Assembly (NCBI GenBank): GCA_963721175.1
Contig: CAVRIG010000011.1
Location: 92,272-156,271 of the forward strand
DNA: 64,000 bases
From: an uncultured Alphaproteobacteria bacterium
Lineage (GTDB): Bacteria; Pseudomonadota; Alphaproteobacteria; Rhodobacterales; Rhodobacteraceae
Reading direction: 5' to 3'
This document shows positions 35,033 to 46,029 of this stretch, in pieces (the stretch's first letter is position 1; each line of letters opens with the position of its first letter). A program made the translations under genes and the position numbers. The notes beneath the pieces are model-generated. The model saw only the letters and a program-made list of their open reading frames with translations. It made no database searches and was not told where the DNA came from.

Positions 35033-36661
35033 TCAGAGATCGGCGGCGTGCTGGCGCAGTTCGAATTTCTGGATCTTGCCGGTGGAGGTCTTGGGCAACT
35101 CGCGGAAGACGACCCGTTTCGGCGTCTTGAACCCGGCGAGCGTCTTGCGGGCGAAGGCGATCAGATCGGCTTCGGTCGGGTTCGTGCCCGGTTTCAGCTC
35201 GACGAAGGCGCAGGGGATCTCGCCCCATTTCTCGTCCGGCTTGGCGACGACGGCGGCGAGCATGACGTCGGGATGCTCCATCAGCACGCCCTCGACCTCC
35301 ACCGACGAGATGTTCTCGCCGCCCGAGATGATGATGTCCTTGGCGCGGTCCGCGATCTGCATGTAGCCGTCGGGATGCAGTTTCGCGATGTCGCCGGAAT
35401 GGAAGTAGCCGCCCTTGAAGGACTCCGCCGTGGCCTCGGGGTTCTTGTAGTAGCCCTTCATCACGCCGTTGCCGCGGAACATGATCTCGCCTTGGGTCCC
35501 GCCATCATGCGGCGTCTCGGCCATCGCTTCGTCCATCACCGTGATATGTTCGAAGATCGGCATGGAGACGCCTTGGCGCGCCTTCTTCGCGGCCCGCTCC
35601 GCGCCCTTCAGCGGCTCCCATTCGGCGCGCCAGAGGCATTCGGTGCCGGGCCCGTAGGTTTCGGTCAGGCCATAGACCTGCGTCACGTTGAACCCCATCG
35701 GCTCGATCTTGGCGAGCGTCGCGGGCGCGGGCGGGGCGCCGGCGGTGAAGACCTCGACCGACGTGGTCGAAGTCGCGCCGCTCCTCCTCGGGCGCGTTCA
35801 CCAGCATGTTGAGCACGATGGGCGCGCCGCCGAAATGGGTCACGCCCTCGTCCGCGATGGCATCGAAGATGTTCTTCGGCCGTGATGTCGCGGCAGCAGA
35901 CCACCGTGCCGCCGACCATCGGCATCATCCAGGTGTGGCACCAGCCGTTGCAGTGAAAGAGCGGCACGATGGTGAGGTAGACCGGATGCAGCACCATCCG
36001 CCAGCTCAGCACCTGGCCCATCGCGTTCAGATACGCGCCGCGGTGGTGGTAGACGACGCCCTTGGGCCGCCCGGTCGTGCCGGAGGTGTAGTTGAGCGCG
36101 ATGGCTCTCCCACTCGTCCTCGGGCATGATCCAGTCGAAAGCCGGATCGGCCTCCGCCAGCATCTGTTCGTAGGTCGGATGGCGGCCCGTCGCGGGGAAG
36201 CCGGCGGCGTCGTCCGGCACCTCGATGATCTCGGGTCCGTCGCCCTCCATTTCAGCAATCGCGGCCTCGGCGAGGTCGATGAACGCCGCGTCGACCAGCG
36301 CAACCTTGGCGCCGCCGTGGTCGAAGATGTAGCCCACCGTGCCCACATCGAGCCGCGTGTTGATCGAGTTCAGCACCGCGCCGCAGGCGGGCACGCCGAA
36401 ATGCGCCTCCGCATGGGCGGGGATGTTGGGCAGGATCGTCGCCACGACATCGCCGGGCTTCACGCCTTTCGCCGCGAGCGCGGAGGCGAGCCGGGTGCAG
36501 CGGTCGATGTATTCGGGGTAGGTGACCCGGTGGTCGCCATAGACGACCGCGGTGCGGTCGGAAAAGACCCGGGATGCACGGCGCAGGGCCGAAAGGGGCG
36601 TCAGCGGAACATAGTTTGCCGGAGATTTTTCGAGCCCGGTTTCATCTGACATCCACCCCAT
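35033..36661 (-). CDS. AMP-dependent acyl-CoA synthetase; several indels
   Basis: NYTSGTTGRPKGV, VYGLTETYGP, DIIISGGENISS, LPKTSTGKIQK across four ORF pieces. Confidence 0.9.
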
Positions 36662-36780
36662 GCGCCTTGCCTCCCCCGCGATGAATTGAGTTATCAATGG
36701 TCTCGCCCATTCCGACCGAAAAGTCCACGCAGGCCAGAGGATCCGCAGTCGGATTCAGGGAGGGCAGCAGGACTGTCGGT

Positions 36781-37650
36781 TCAGAGCCGGCCGGCCGTTC
36801 CGGCCCAATCCCAGTACATCTCGCGCACCTTCCTGGTGAATGGGCCCGCCTGGTATTGCCGGTCCTCGAACGCGGTGACCGGCGTCACCTTGTTCATGTT
36901 GCCGGACATGAAGACCTCGTCGGCCAGCTCGAAATCGTGGAATGTCAGGACGGTCTCGTGCACGGCCATGCCGTCGGCCTTCATGTTCGCGATGTGGCGG
37001 GCGCGGGTGATCCCGGCGAGGAAGGTGCCGTTTGGGATCGGTGTGAAGACCTCGCCGTCGCGGACCATGAAGATGTTCGCGGTCGCCGTCTCCGCCACGT
37101 TGCCCATCGCGTCCGCCACCAGCGCGTTGCCGAAACCCTTCGCCCGCGCCTCCGTCAGCATCCGCGCGTTGTTGGGATAGAGGCACCCGGCCTTGGCGTT
37201 CACCACCGCGTCTTCCAGCACCGGGCGGCGGTAGCGGGTCCGGCAGAGTGTCACCGTCGCATCGGGAGCCGCCATCGGGATCTCCTCGAGGCAGACCGCG
37301 AACCCGGTCTCGTCGGGCTGCGGCACGATCGCGGTCGCGTCGCCGTTGATGCCCCAGTACATCGGGCGGATGTAGACCGCGCTGTTCGTCGGATACCGCC
37401 CCAGACCCTCTCGAATGATGTCGACCATTTCGTCGCTGGAAACTGTCGGGACCAGCATCAGCGCCCGCGCGGAGTTGTTCACCCGCTCGCAATGAGGTGC
37501 CAGGTCCGGGGCCAGCCCGTCGACATAGCGCGCACCGTCGAAGACGCCCGAGCCCAGCCACGCCCCGTGGTCCGCCGCGCGCATGATCGCCACGTCGCCA
37601 TCGTGCCACGTGCCGTCGAAATAGGTGCGGATGTTGGTGCCGGTCGCCAT
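36781..37650 (-). CDS. branched-chain amino-acid aminotransferase (class IV PLP)
   Basis: GVFDGAR, AKAGCLY, ETATANIF, FLAGITR. Confidence 0.9.
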   Translation of the reverse strand: MATGTNIRTYFDGTWHDGDVAIMRAADHGAWLGSGVFDGARYVDGLAPDLAPHCERVNNSARALMLVPTVSSDEMVDIIREGLGRYPTNSAVYIRPMYWGINGDATAIVPQPDETGFAVCLEEIPMAAPDATVTLCRTRYRRPVLEDAVVNAKAGCLYPNNARMLTEARAKGFGNALVADAMGNVAETATANIFMVRDGEVFTPIPNGTFLAGITRARHIANMKADGMAVHETVLTFHDFELADEVFMSGNMNKVTPVTAFEDRQYQAGPFTRKVREMYWDWAGTAGRL

Positions 37651-37730
37651 GAACCCTCTCCCTCGTTTTGCGGCGCACGTTAGGGGCAGGGGGGCGGCGA
37701 GGTCCAGACCAATTCGGCCCGGATGCCCGT

Positions 37731-38363
37731 TCAACCGGAGGGGACGAAGCCGCTGGCATTCAGCCCGTCGATCACGAATTGGACCGCCAGCGCCGCCAGC
37801 AGCATGCCCAGCAGGCGGGTCACGACCATGGTCCCGGTGCGCCCCAGAAGCCGCTCGAGCGGTCCGGCCAGCAGCAGAAGCGCAAGCGTCACCACCAGCA
37901 CCGCCAGCAGGGCAACGGCAACCGCCGCCTGTCCCTCGAGGTCGCCGGACTGGCCATCCATCAGAAGGATGATCGAGGCGATGGAACCCGGCCCCGCGAT
38001 GAGCGGCGTCGCCAGCGGAAAGACCGACGGATCGTCGACGCTGTCCTCCAGCCGTGCCTCGGCGCGCGCCTCGCGCCGCTCGGTGCGCTTCTCGAACAGC
38101 ATGTCGAGCGCGGTCGCGAAGAGCAGGATGCCACCCGCGATCTTGAACGCGGGCATGGAGATGCCGACGAATTTGAGGATCGCGTCGCCGGCGAGGCCAA
38201 AGAGGACCAGGATGAAGGCCCCGATCAGGACGCCACGCAGGGCCACGCGCAGGCGCTGCGCCGCGCTCATGCCCACGGTCAGCGCGAGGAAGATCGGCAC
38301 GTTGCCCACCGGGTCGATGACGACGAAGAGCGTCGTGAAATCGTTGATCGCCTCGTTCAACAC
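37731..38363 (-). CDS. MarC family membrane protein
   Basis: IDPVGNVP, PLATPLIAGPGSI, RLLGMLLAALAVQF. Confidence 0.9.
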   Translation of the reverse strand: MLNEAINDFTTLFVVIDPVGNVPIFLALTVGMSAAQRLRVALRGVLIGAFILVLFGLAGDAILKFVGISMPAFKIAGGILLFATALDMLFEKRTERREARAEARLEDSVDDPSVFPLATPLIAGPGSIASIILLMDGQSGDLEGQAAVAVALLAVLVVTLALLLLAGPLERLLGRTGTMVVTRLLGMLLAALAVQFVIDGLNASGFVPSG

Positions 38364-38480
38364 CTATCGGATCCCTCGTTGCCGGCCCGTGCGGGCTGGT
38401 TGGAGCTGGGCCCTGCCTGACGCGGCGCGGGAGTTACGGGCGCATAACGTTGCGGTCGCGGAGGATGCAAGGCCTGCGCG

Positions 38481-39864
38481 TCACACCAGTCGGCCCCAGA
38501 GGTCGTAATCGCCGGCCTCGTCCACCTCCACCGTCACGATGTCACCGGGGCTCAGCACCTCGTGGCCCTCGTCGATGAAAAGGTTGCCGTCGATCTCCGG
38601 CGCGTCGCTTCGAGTGCGGCAGGTGGCGGCGTCGTCCTCGACCAGATCCACGATAACCTCGATCCGGCTCCCCACTTTCGTGGCGAGCTTCGCCTCCGAA
38701 ATCGCCTGCGCCTTGGCCATGAACCGGTCCCAGCGGTCCTGCTTGACCTCGTCTGGAACATGATCCGGGAGCGCGTTCGACCGGGCCCCTTCGACGTCCT
38801 CGTACTGGAAGCAGCCCACCCGGTCTAGCTGCGCCGCGTCCAGCCAATCGAGCAGCGTCTGGAACTCCGCTTCCGTCTCGCCGGGGTAGCCCACGATGAA
38901 GGTCGACCGCAGCGTGATATCCGGGACAGATCCCGCGCCACTCCGCGATGCGGTCGAGTGTCCGTTCGGCGGCGGCGGGGCGCGCCATTCGGCGCAGCGT
39001 GTCGGGGTGCGCATGCTGGAACGGGATGTCGAGATAGGGCAGCACCAGCCCCTCGGCCATCAGCGGTATGATCTCGGCCACGTGCGGGTAGGGGTAGACG
39101 TAATGCAGCCGTACCCAGGCGCCGAGCTGTCCAAGATCCCGGGCCAGCGCGGTGATCGGCTGGCCTTGACCGCGCCCAGCCGCGGCCCGGGTTTGGCGGT
39201 CCCAGTCGGTGCCATAGGCGGAGGTGTCCTGACTGATCACCAGCAGCTCGCGCACGCCCGCATCGACCAGCCGCTCGGCCTCGCGCAGCACGGCCTGCGG
39301 CGGGCGCGAGGCCAGCTTTCCGCGCATGTCGGGGATGATGCAGAACTTGCAGGAATGGTTGCAACCTTCTGAAATCTTGAGGTAACTGTAGTGCCGTGGT
39401 GTGAGGCTGACGCCGGAGGCGGGCAGCAGGTCCACGAACGGATCGGGCGCGGGCGGCACCGCGCCATGCACGGCATCCAGCACCTGTTCGTACTGGTGCG
39501 GACCGGTGACGGCCAGCACCTTGGGATGCGCGCCGGTGATGTATTCCGGGTTGGCCCCCAGACACCCCGTCACGATCACCCGCCCGTTCTCCGTCAGCGC
39601 CTCGCCGATCGCATCGAGGCTCTCGGCCTTCGCGCTGTCGAGAAAGCCGCAGGTGTTCACGATCACCGCATCCGCGCCGCCGTAATCGGCCGAGATCGCG
39701 TAACCTTCGGCGCGCAGTCGCGTCAGGATGCGTTCGCTGTCGACCAGCGCCTTGGGACAGCCGAGCGAGACCATGCCGATGGTCGGCTGGCCTGGGCGGC
39801 GTGCCTCTCTCAGCGCGGGTTTCGGCGCGATGTCGGGGCGAAGGTCGGGCGGGTTGGTGCTCAT
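38481..39864 (-). CDS. rimO: ribosomal protein S12 methylthiotransferase; indel near 38930
   Basis: [20 protein letters not shown] radical-SAM motif, APEIDG TRAM region. Confidence 0.95.
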
Positions 39865-40125
39865 GCGCCCGCCTATACCGATGGTCGGCGTCCGGGCCAA
39901 GCGGATCGTTGCGTCGGCGGGGGCGTTCGCTTGGCACCGGCCGCTTTGCTGGAGAAGCTGCGACCGGCGGGACGGCGTCCGTCGCGCTGACGGTGACTAG
40001 CAGCGACGCAAATGGATTTGGGTGTGCCGGGCGCCGATCTGCCCGCGGGTCTGGGTCGGACGCTGGACGTGACCGCCGACATCCGCCTGACGCCCGAGCG
40101 ACACTTGGTACTAGCGGCCGCCGGT

Positions 40126-41623
40126 TCAGATCGTCTGGTCGTAGTCGCCCACCGCCTCCTCGGTCCGGATCACCGCGTCGATATCGGCAAAGATCGCGCG
40201 CATCTCCGCCTCGCTTTCCGGGCTCTCGCAGACCACGACAAGGTTGGGCGTGTTGGACGAGGCGCGCACGAGGCCCCAGCCGCCATTGTCGAGGATGACG
40301 CGGGCGCCGTTCACCGTCACGACCTCCTTGATGCCGCGGCCGCCGATGGTCCCGCCGGCCTTGTGCTTGGCCACCAGCTTCTCCACCAGCCGCTCGAGCA
40401 CGCCGTATTTCTCCGTGTCCGCGCACCAGGGCGACATCGTGGGCGTGGAGAAGGTTTGCGGCAGCGCGCGGCGCAGGTCGGACATCTTCTTGTCCGGGTT
40501 GCGGTCCATCAGCTTGCAGATCTCGACCGCCACGCGCATGCCGCAGTCGTAGCCGCGCCCGATCGGTTCGGCGAGGAAGTAGTGGCCCGATTTCTCGAAC
40601 CCCGCCAGCGCACCCAGTTCCTTCACCCGGCGTTTCATGTGCGAATGGCCGGTCTTCCAGTAATCCGCCTTGATCCCGTGGGCCTGCAGTTCCGGGTCCG
40701 AGGCGAAGAGGCCGGTCGATTTCACGTCCGCCACGAAGGTGGCCCCGGGATGCAGCTTCGCCAGATCGCGGGCCATGATGACGCCCACCTTGTCGGCGAA
40801 GATCTCCTCGCCCTCGTCATCGACCACGCCGCAGCGGTCGCCGTCGCCGTCGAACCCCAGCGCGAAATCGGCGCCCGAGGCTTTCACCGTCGCCGCCATG
40901 TCGTGCAGCATTTCCATCGCCTCGGGGTTCGGGTTGTAGTTGGGGAAGGTGTAGTCGAGCCGGTTGTGGCTTTCGACGACCTCCACGCCCATCCGGCGCG
41001 AAGAGTTCGGGCGCGAAGGCGGCGGCGGTGCCGTTGCCGGTGGCGCAGACGACCTTCAGCGGGCGGGACATGCGGAAATCGCCCACCAGATCGTCGAGAT
41101 AGGCCTCGCGCACGCCATCCACGAATTCGTAGCCGCCGCCCGGACGCGGCGCGCCCCTGCCTTGCAGCACGATGTCGCGCAACTCCGCCATCTCGTCGGG
41201 GCCGTGGGTCAGGGGGCGTTCGAAGCCCATCTTCACCCCGGTCCAGCCATTGGGATTGTGCGAGGCGGTGACCATCGCGACGGCGGGCACGTCGAGATGG
41301 AACTGGCTGAAATAGGCCATCGGCGACAGCGCCGGGCCGATATCCTTCACGTGGATGCCGGCCTGCATCAGGCCGAGGATCAGCGCGTTCTTGATGCTAA
41401 GCGAATAGTCCCGGTAATCGTTGCCGACCGCGATCACCGGTTCGATCCCGCGGGCGTGTATCTGAGTGCCAAGCCCCAGGCCCAAGGCGGTCATGCCGGG
41501 CAGGTTGATCTCGTCGGGGTATTTCCAGCGCGCGTCATATTCGCGAAACCCCGTGGGCGCGATCATCGGATCGCGCAGGAAAGCCCATGTGTTGGGCGCG
41601 CAGTCGGGCAATGGCTTGGTCAT
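40126..41623 (-). CDS. phosphomannomutase/phosphoglucomutase; indel near 40995
   Basis: FREYDAR, TASHNP, FDGDGDR, EKSGH, RASSN. Confidence 0.92.
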
Positions 41624-41639
41624 GCGGGACTCTCGTTTG

Positions 41640-42476
41640 TCAGATCGAAATGGGTTCGGCCTTCGCCAGAGCGTCAAAACGCATCAACATGTCGACAAGA
41701 TGTTTCATCTGCGGCAGCGGGATCATGTTCGGCCCGTCGGAAGGCGCGTTGTCCGGATCCTCGTGCGTTTCGATGAAGACCGCCGCCACGCCGAGCGACA
41801 CGGCCGCGCGGGCCATCACCGGGGCGAATTCACGCTGGCCGCCGGAGGAAACGCCGCGCCCGCCCGGCTGCTGCACGGAGTGGGTCGCGTCCATCACCAC
41901 CGGGTAACCGGTCTGGGCCATCTGCGGCAGGGCGCGCATGTCGGCCACCAGCGTGTTGTAGCCGAAGGACGTGCCGCGTTCGGTGAGCAGGATGCGCTCG
42001 TTGCCGGTGCCCTCGATCTTGGCGATCACGTTGGGCATGTCCCAGGGGGCGAGAAACTGGCCCTTCTTCACGTTGATCGCGGCGCCGGTCTCGCCCGCGG
42101 CGACCAGGAGATCGGTCTGACGACAGAGAAAGGCCGGGATCTGCAGGATATCGACGGCCGCTGCGGCCGGGGCGCAGTGGTCGGGTGCGTGCACGTCCGT
42201 CAGCACCGGGATACCCAGCGCATGGCGCAGGTCGTCCAGCACCTTCAACCCCGCCTCCATTCCGAGACCCCGCTTGCCCGCGAGAGAGGTGCGGTTGGCC
42301 TTGTCGTAGCTCGCCTTGAAGACGTACTGCGCGCCGGCGGCATCGCAGGCCTCCTTCATGGCGCCCGCGATCATCTGCGCGTGATCGGCCGATTCGAGCT
42401 GGCACGGCCCCGCGATCACGGTGAGCGGTCGGTCGTTCGCGATCTCCAGACCGGCGACGGATACGGTTTTCGTCAA
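41640..42476 (-). CDS. kdsA: KDO-8-phosphate synthase
   Basis: IAGPCQLE, KASYDKANRTS, QIPAFLCRQTDL, DATHSVQ; TTG start assumed. Confidence 0.95.
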   Translation of the reverse strand: MTKTVSVAGLEIANDRPLTVIAGPCQLESADHAQMIAGAMKEACDAAGAQYVFKASYDKANRTSLAGKRGLGMEAGLKVLDDLRHALGIPVLTDVHAPDHCAPAAAAVDILQIPAFLCRQTDLLVAAGETGAAINVKKGQFLAPWDMPNVIAKIEGTGNERILLTERGTSFGYNTLVADMRALPQMAQTGYPVVMDATHSVQQPGGRGVSSGGQREFAPVMARAAVSLGVAAVFIETHEDPDNAPSDGPNMIPLPQMKHLVDMLMRFDALAKAEPISI

Positions 42477-42578
42477 GATGGGACCTGCTCCCTCAATACT
42501 GCCGAACACAGCGACAGCACGAGGTAGATGCCTGCAAATATCCGAAATGCCAAGAACCGTGTCCTCGGGACCGGCGCG

Positions 42579-43604
42579 TCAGGCCACCACCTGCCAGGTC
42601 AGACCGGCGAGGACGGCGCCGGTGATGGCAAAGCCCAGGTAGGCCGCGAAGACGCGCGGCTTGACCAGCGCCCAGACGGCGATGGCGGCCGGAATGCAGG
42701 ATACGCCGCCGGCAATCACGAAACTCATCGCGGCGCCCTGCGACATGCCTTGCGTCAGCAGCGCATCGACCAGCGGCACGGCGGCATAGCCGTTGAGGTA
42801 GGCCGGCGCACCGACCAGCGCGCCCAGCAGGATCGGCATCACCCCTTCGCCGCCCAGAACCTGCGCGATCAATTCGGCGGGCACGTAATGCAGCATCACC
42901 GCCTCGATCACATAGGCCAGCGTCAGCCATTTCAGCAGGAAAAGTGCATTGTCGAGCGCGGTGTCGCGGAAGGTCTGCGTCCGCTCGGAATCCTGCCAGA
43001 AGCGCCACACCGGCCGACCCTGGAACGGCTTCTTCACGCCGCAGCAGCCGCCGACCTTCGGGCGTTCGCGCAGCGGGTCTGCGAAGACGGGCGTGTTGGC
43101 CAGCAGCATGGCGCCGAATCCGCCGAACATGCCCAGCGACACGGCCGCAATCGTCTTGCCGAGCGCGAAATCGAAGCCGAGGGTTCCGGATGTGATGGCG
43201 AACATGGCCGGGTCCATGAGCGGCGAGGCCAGCCAGAAGGCCATCACCGCCGAAAGCGGCGCGCCGACCGCGAGAAGCGCCGCAATGAACGGGATGACCT
43301 CGCAGGAGCAGAAGGGAGAGAGCCCGCCCAGGAGGGCTGCCATGACGATCATGCGCACCTTGTTGCCTTCAAAGGCGCGGGCGAGCAGCGTTTCGGCGCC
43401 GCTGGCTTTGAGGTACGCCACGGCGAGAACGGCGAAGGCGATGAAGCCCGCAGTATGCCCCAGCGCGCCTGCCGAGAACGTGACGGCCGGCCAGAAATAT
43501 CCTGGATCAAAAACCGCGATCGCGGCCAGAACGAGCGCGCTGGCGATCCAGGCTTTGCCCGGAACCTGAAACCGTCTGGGGGCGGTCTGGGTGGTCTCAG
43601 CCAT
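42579..43604 (-). CDS. DUF318/ArsP-family permease
   Basis: SPFCSCEVIP, FWLASPLMDP, GGCCG loop; downstream of an ArsR gene. Confidence 0.85.
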   Translation of the reverse strand: MAETTQTAPRRFQVPGKAWIASALVLAAIAVFDPGYFWPAVTFSAGALGHTAGFIAFAVLAVAYLKASGAETLLARAFEGNKVRMIVMAALLGGLSPFCSCEVIPFIAALLAVGAPLSAVMAFWLASPLMDPAMFAITSGTLGFDFALGKTIAAVSLGMFGGFGAMLLANTPVFADPLRERPKVGGCCGVKKPFQGRPVWRFWQDSERTQTFRDTALDNALFLLKWLTLAYVIEAVMLHYVPAELIAQVLGGEGVMPILLGALVGAPAYLNGYAAVPLVDALLTQGMSQGAAMSFVIAGGVSCIPAAIAVWALVKPRVFAAYLGFAITGAVLAGLTWQVVA

Positions 43605-43935
43605 GGTCGTGCTCTCCATCCTTGGCGTCCGCGCAGCATTCCCTGAGCAGGAATTGAGAAAGTGACCTGACCTCGTCGAAGGCTACGGCGGCACAGATGA
43701 TGCTGCGGCCCTGCTTCGATTGCGTGACGAGTCCCGCCTGCGTCAGGATCTTCATGTGGTGGGTCAGGGTCGACCCGGTGACACCACAGCGCGTGCCGAG
43801 TTCGCCGATGCTCAGCCCGTTTGCACCCGCCCGCACCAGCGTGCGCAAAACGGCGAGGCGTTGTTCGGAGCCCAGTGCCGCGAAGGCCGAGGCCGCCTGC
43901 ACCAGATCGAGGTCTTGAGTCGATTCCTGTTTCAT
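43597..43935 (-). CDS. ArsR/SmtB family regulator with C-terminal CC
   Basis: FAALGSEQRL, STLTHH, LRECCAD. Confidence 0.88.
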   Translation of the reverse strand: MKQESTQDLDLVQAASAFAALGSEQRLAVLRTLVRAGANGLSIGELGTRCGVTGSTLTHHMKILTQAGLVTQSKQGRSIICAAVAFDEVRSLSQFLLRECCADAKDGEHDHG

Positions 43936-43974
43936 AGTTCTAGTGGTATCGAAATGAATTGGATCCTGCAACGA

Positions 43975-43998
43975 TCATTTCGAGTTTTGTCGAAATGA
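43975..43998. promoter_or_regulatory. palindromic operator upstream of the ArsR gene
   Basis: TCATTTCGA-GTTTTG-TCGAAATGA perfect 9-6-9 inverted repeat; second half-site at 43949-43957. Confidence 0.7.
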
Positions 43999-44084
43999 GT
44001 TCGCATATGGCGTTTCGCCGACGGAGCGCCGGCGGTGTTGCTCGGGCCTTGCCCGCCGCCGAATGTGGGGTTAGCTGCCCTGTC

Positions 44085-44669
44085 ATGGATGACCTGATCA
44101 CGGAAATCCGTGGATGCCGGCTCTGTGCGCAGCGCTTCGCCGGCACCGCCACGGGTCACGCGCCGCGCCCGGTCGTGTGGCTGCGCTCCGGCGCGCGAAT
44201 CCTGGTGGCGGGGCAGGCGCCGGGGGCGCGGGTGCACGAAAGCGGGCGGCCCTTCACCGATCCGTCGGGTGACAGGCTGAGGCGCTGGATGGGGATCGGC
44301 GAGGATGTGTTCTACGACCGCGACCGGGTGGCGGTTCTGCCGATGGCCTTCTGCTTTCCGGGCTATAGCGCCAAGGGTAGCGACCTGCCGCCGCCGACGC
44401 TCTGTTCGCGGACCTGGCATGCGCGGGTCATGGAAGCTCTGGGCTCCGTGCGCCTGAAGGTTCTGGTCGGGTCCTACGCGATGCGTTGGCATCTGGGGTG
44501 GACCGGTCGGGTCGATGAGGCGGTTCGCGGCTGGCGCGATCATGCGCCGGACACCTTCGTGCTGCCGCATCCGAGCTGGCGCAACACCGCGTGGCTCAGG
44601 CGCAATCCGTTCTTCGAAGCGGAAACTGTGCCAGCGCTGCAAGTCGCGGTGCAGGAGGCGCTGGCATGA
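44085..44669 (+). CDS. uracil-DNA glycosylase family protein
   Basis: CRLC, GQAPG, FTDPSGDRLR, LPHPSWRN. Confidence 0.88.
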   Translation: MDDLITEIRGCRLCAQRFAGTATGHAPRPVVWLRSGARILVAGQAPGARVHESGRPFTDPSGDRLRRWMGIGEDVFYDRDRVAVLPMAFCFPGYSAKGSDLPPPTLCSRTWHARVMEALGSVRLKVLVGSYAMRWHLGWTGRVDEAVRGWRDHAPDTFVLPHPSWRNTAWLRRNPFFEAETVPALQVAVQEALA

Positions 44670-45451
44670 TGGAGCGGACACGTCTCGACGCGGCGCATGA
44701 AGGCATGACGGAGGCCGATGCCGGACGCCTGCGGTTCTTTGCGGAGCTGGCGGATGCGGAGCTGTTCCTGCTGCTGGAGCGGGAGGCGGCGCACGAAGCG
44801 ATCGAGCCGCGACTCTTTCCACTGGAGGGCGGCAAGGTCGCCCTGGCCTTCGATACCGAAGAGCGGCTTGCGGCGTTCGCGGGCGGCCCGGTCGCTTTTG
44901 CCGCACTGCCGGGGCGGGTCCTGGCGGACCTGTTGTCGTCTCAGGATCTGGGGCTGGGCCTGAACCTGGATGTGGCGCCGTCGGCGATGCTATTGCCGCC
45001 GGGTGATCTGCGCTGGCTGGTGCAAATATTGGGCAGCGATGGTCCGGTGGAAACCGATCAGAGGATCGCGGCGGTGGCTCCGCCCGAGGGTCTCCCGCAG
45101 GCCTTGCTCGATTCGCTGGCCGAACGGTTGGTGCGGGCGGCAGGAGTTGCGAGCCGCGCGATGCTGGCGCGGGTGATGTACCGGGACGGAAGCTCCGGCC
45201 ACCTGCTGGCGATCATTGGGGCCGAACCGCGTGCGCAAGACGCGCTGGCGCAATCCGTGACCGAAGCGCTGAAGTTTTCGAGCTTCGGGTTGGACGGCAT
45301 CGACGTGGCGTTCTTCGACGCGGATCACCCGGTGGTGGAGCGGCTCGACACGGTGGCGATGAGGTTTGACATCCCGTCGCCCCCTGCGCGGCCTTCGGCG
45401 ACGCCGGTCGCCCCGGGAATGGACCCGGACCGCCCACCAAAGTTGCGATAG
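44666..45451 (+). CDS. SseB family protein
   Basis: LAFDTEERL, GLGLNL, APGMDPDRPPKLR C-terminus. Confidence 0.75.
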   Translation: MMERTRLDAAHEGMTEADAGRLRFFAELADAELFLLLEREAAHEAIEPRLFPLEGGKVALAFDTEERLAAFAGGPVAFAALPGRVLADLLSSQDLGLGLNLDVAPSAMLLPPGDLRWLVQILGSDGPVETDQRIAAVAPPEGLPQALLDSLAERLVRAAGVASRAMLARVMYRDGSSGHLLAIIGAEPRAQDALAQSVTEALKFSSFGLDGIDVAFFDADHPVVERLDTVAMRFDIPSPPARPSATPVAPGMDPDRPPKLR

Positions 45452-45552
45452 GTGTCACAAGGCCGCGAGTCGCAGCGGTTGTCTTTGCCCGAGACGGCGC
45501 GTGCCACATATGGTCGCCTCGGGTCACTCCGTCGCTGAGAGGTGAAGAGCGT

Positions 45553-46029
45553 TTGTCCAGGATTGTCAGGTTCAACACACGCCGCGGCCTGATCGTCGGC
45601 GCTGTCGCTGTGGCGGTCGTGGCGGGTCTGGGCGCCGGGCACTGGTTCAACTTGTCGGCGGACCTTGCTGATGGCGCCTTGAGCGTCGAGGACGCACATC
45701 GTCTTGCCACGAGCGGCGCGTTGGTGCTGGTCGATATCCGGCGTCCGGATGAATGGGTCCGCACGGGTGTCGGCGCAGGTGCGGCGCCGCTGGACATGCG
45801 GCGGGCGGATTTCGTGCCGGCACTTCTCGAGCTGGCAGGCGGGCGAAACGCGTCGATCGCGTTGATCTGCGCGCGCGGGGTGCGGTCGCGTCATCTTGCG
45901 GCACGTCTGACAGAAGCGGGGTTTTCGAACGTTCGCGACGTGCCGGAGGGGATGCTGGGGTCCGGCGCCGGGGCGGGCTGGCGCCGCAAGGGGCTGCCGG
46001 TGGTCGATATGGAGGACGTGAATTCATGA
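45553..46029 (+). CDS. rhodanese-like protein with N-terminal membrane anchor
   Basis: LVDIRRPDEW, ICARGVRS active-site loop. Confidence 0.85.
   Translation: MSRIVRFNTRRGLIVGAVAVAVVAGLGAGHWFNLSADLADGALSVEDAHRLATSGALVLVDIRRPDEWVRTGVGAGAAPLDMRRADFVPALLELAGGRNASIALICARGVRSRHLAARLTEAGFSNVRDVPEGMLGSGAGAGWRRKGLPVVDMEDVNS

Noticed and set aside
28850-38950. Programmed frameshifting or phase variation in cupin, deoB, upp, acyl-CoA ligase and rimO
   Set aside because: No slippery heptamers or long simple repeats seen at the shifts; sequencing error is more parsimonious
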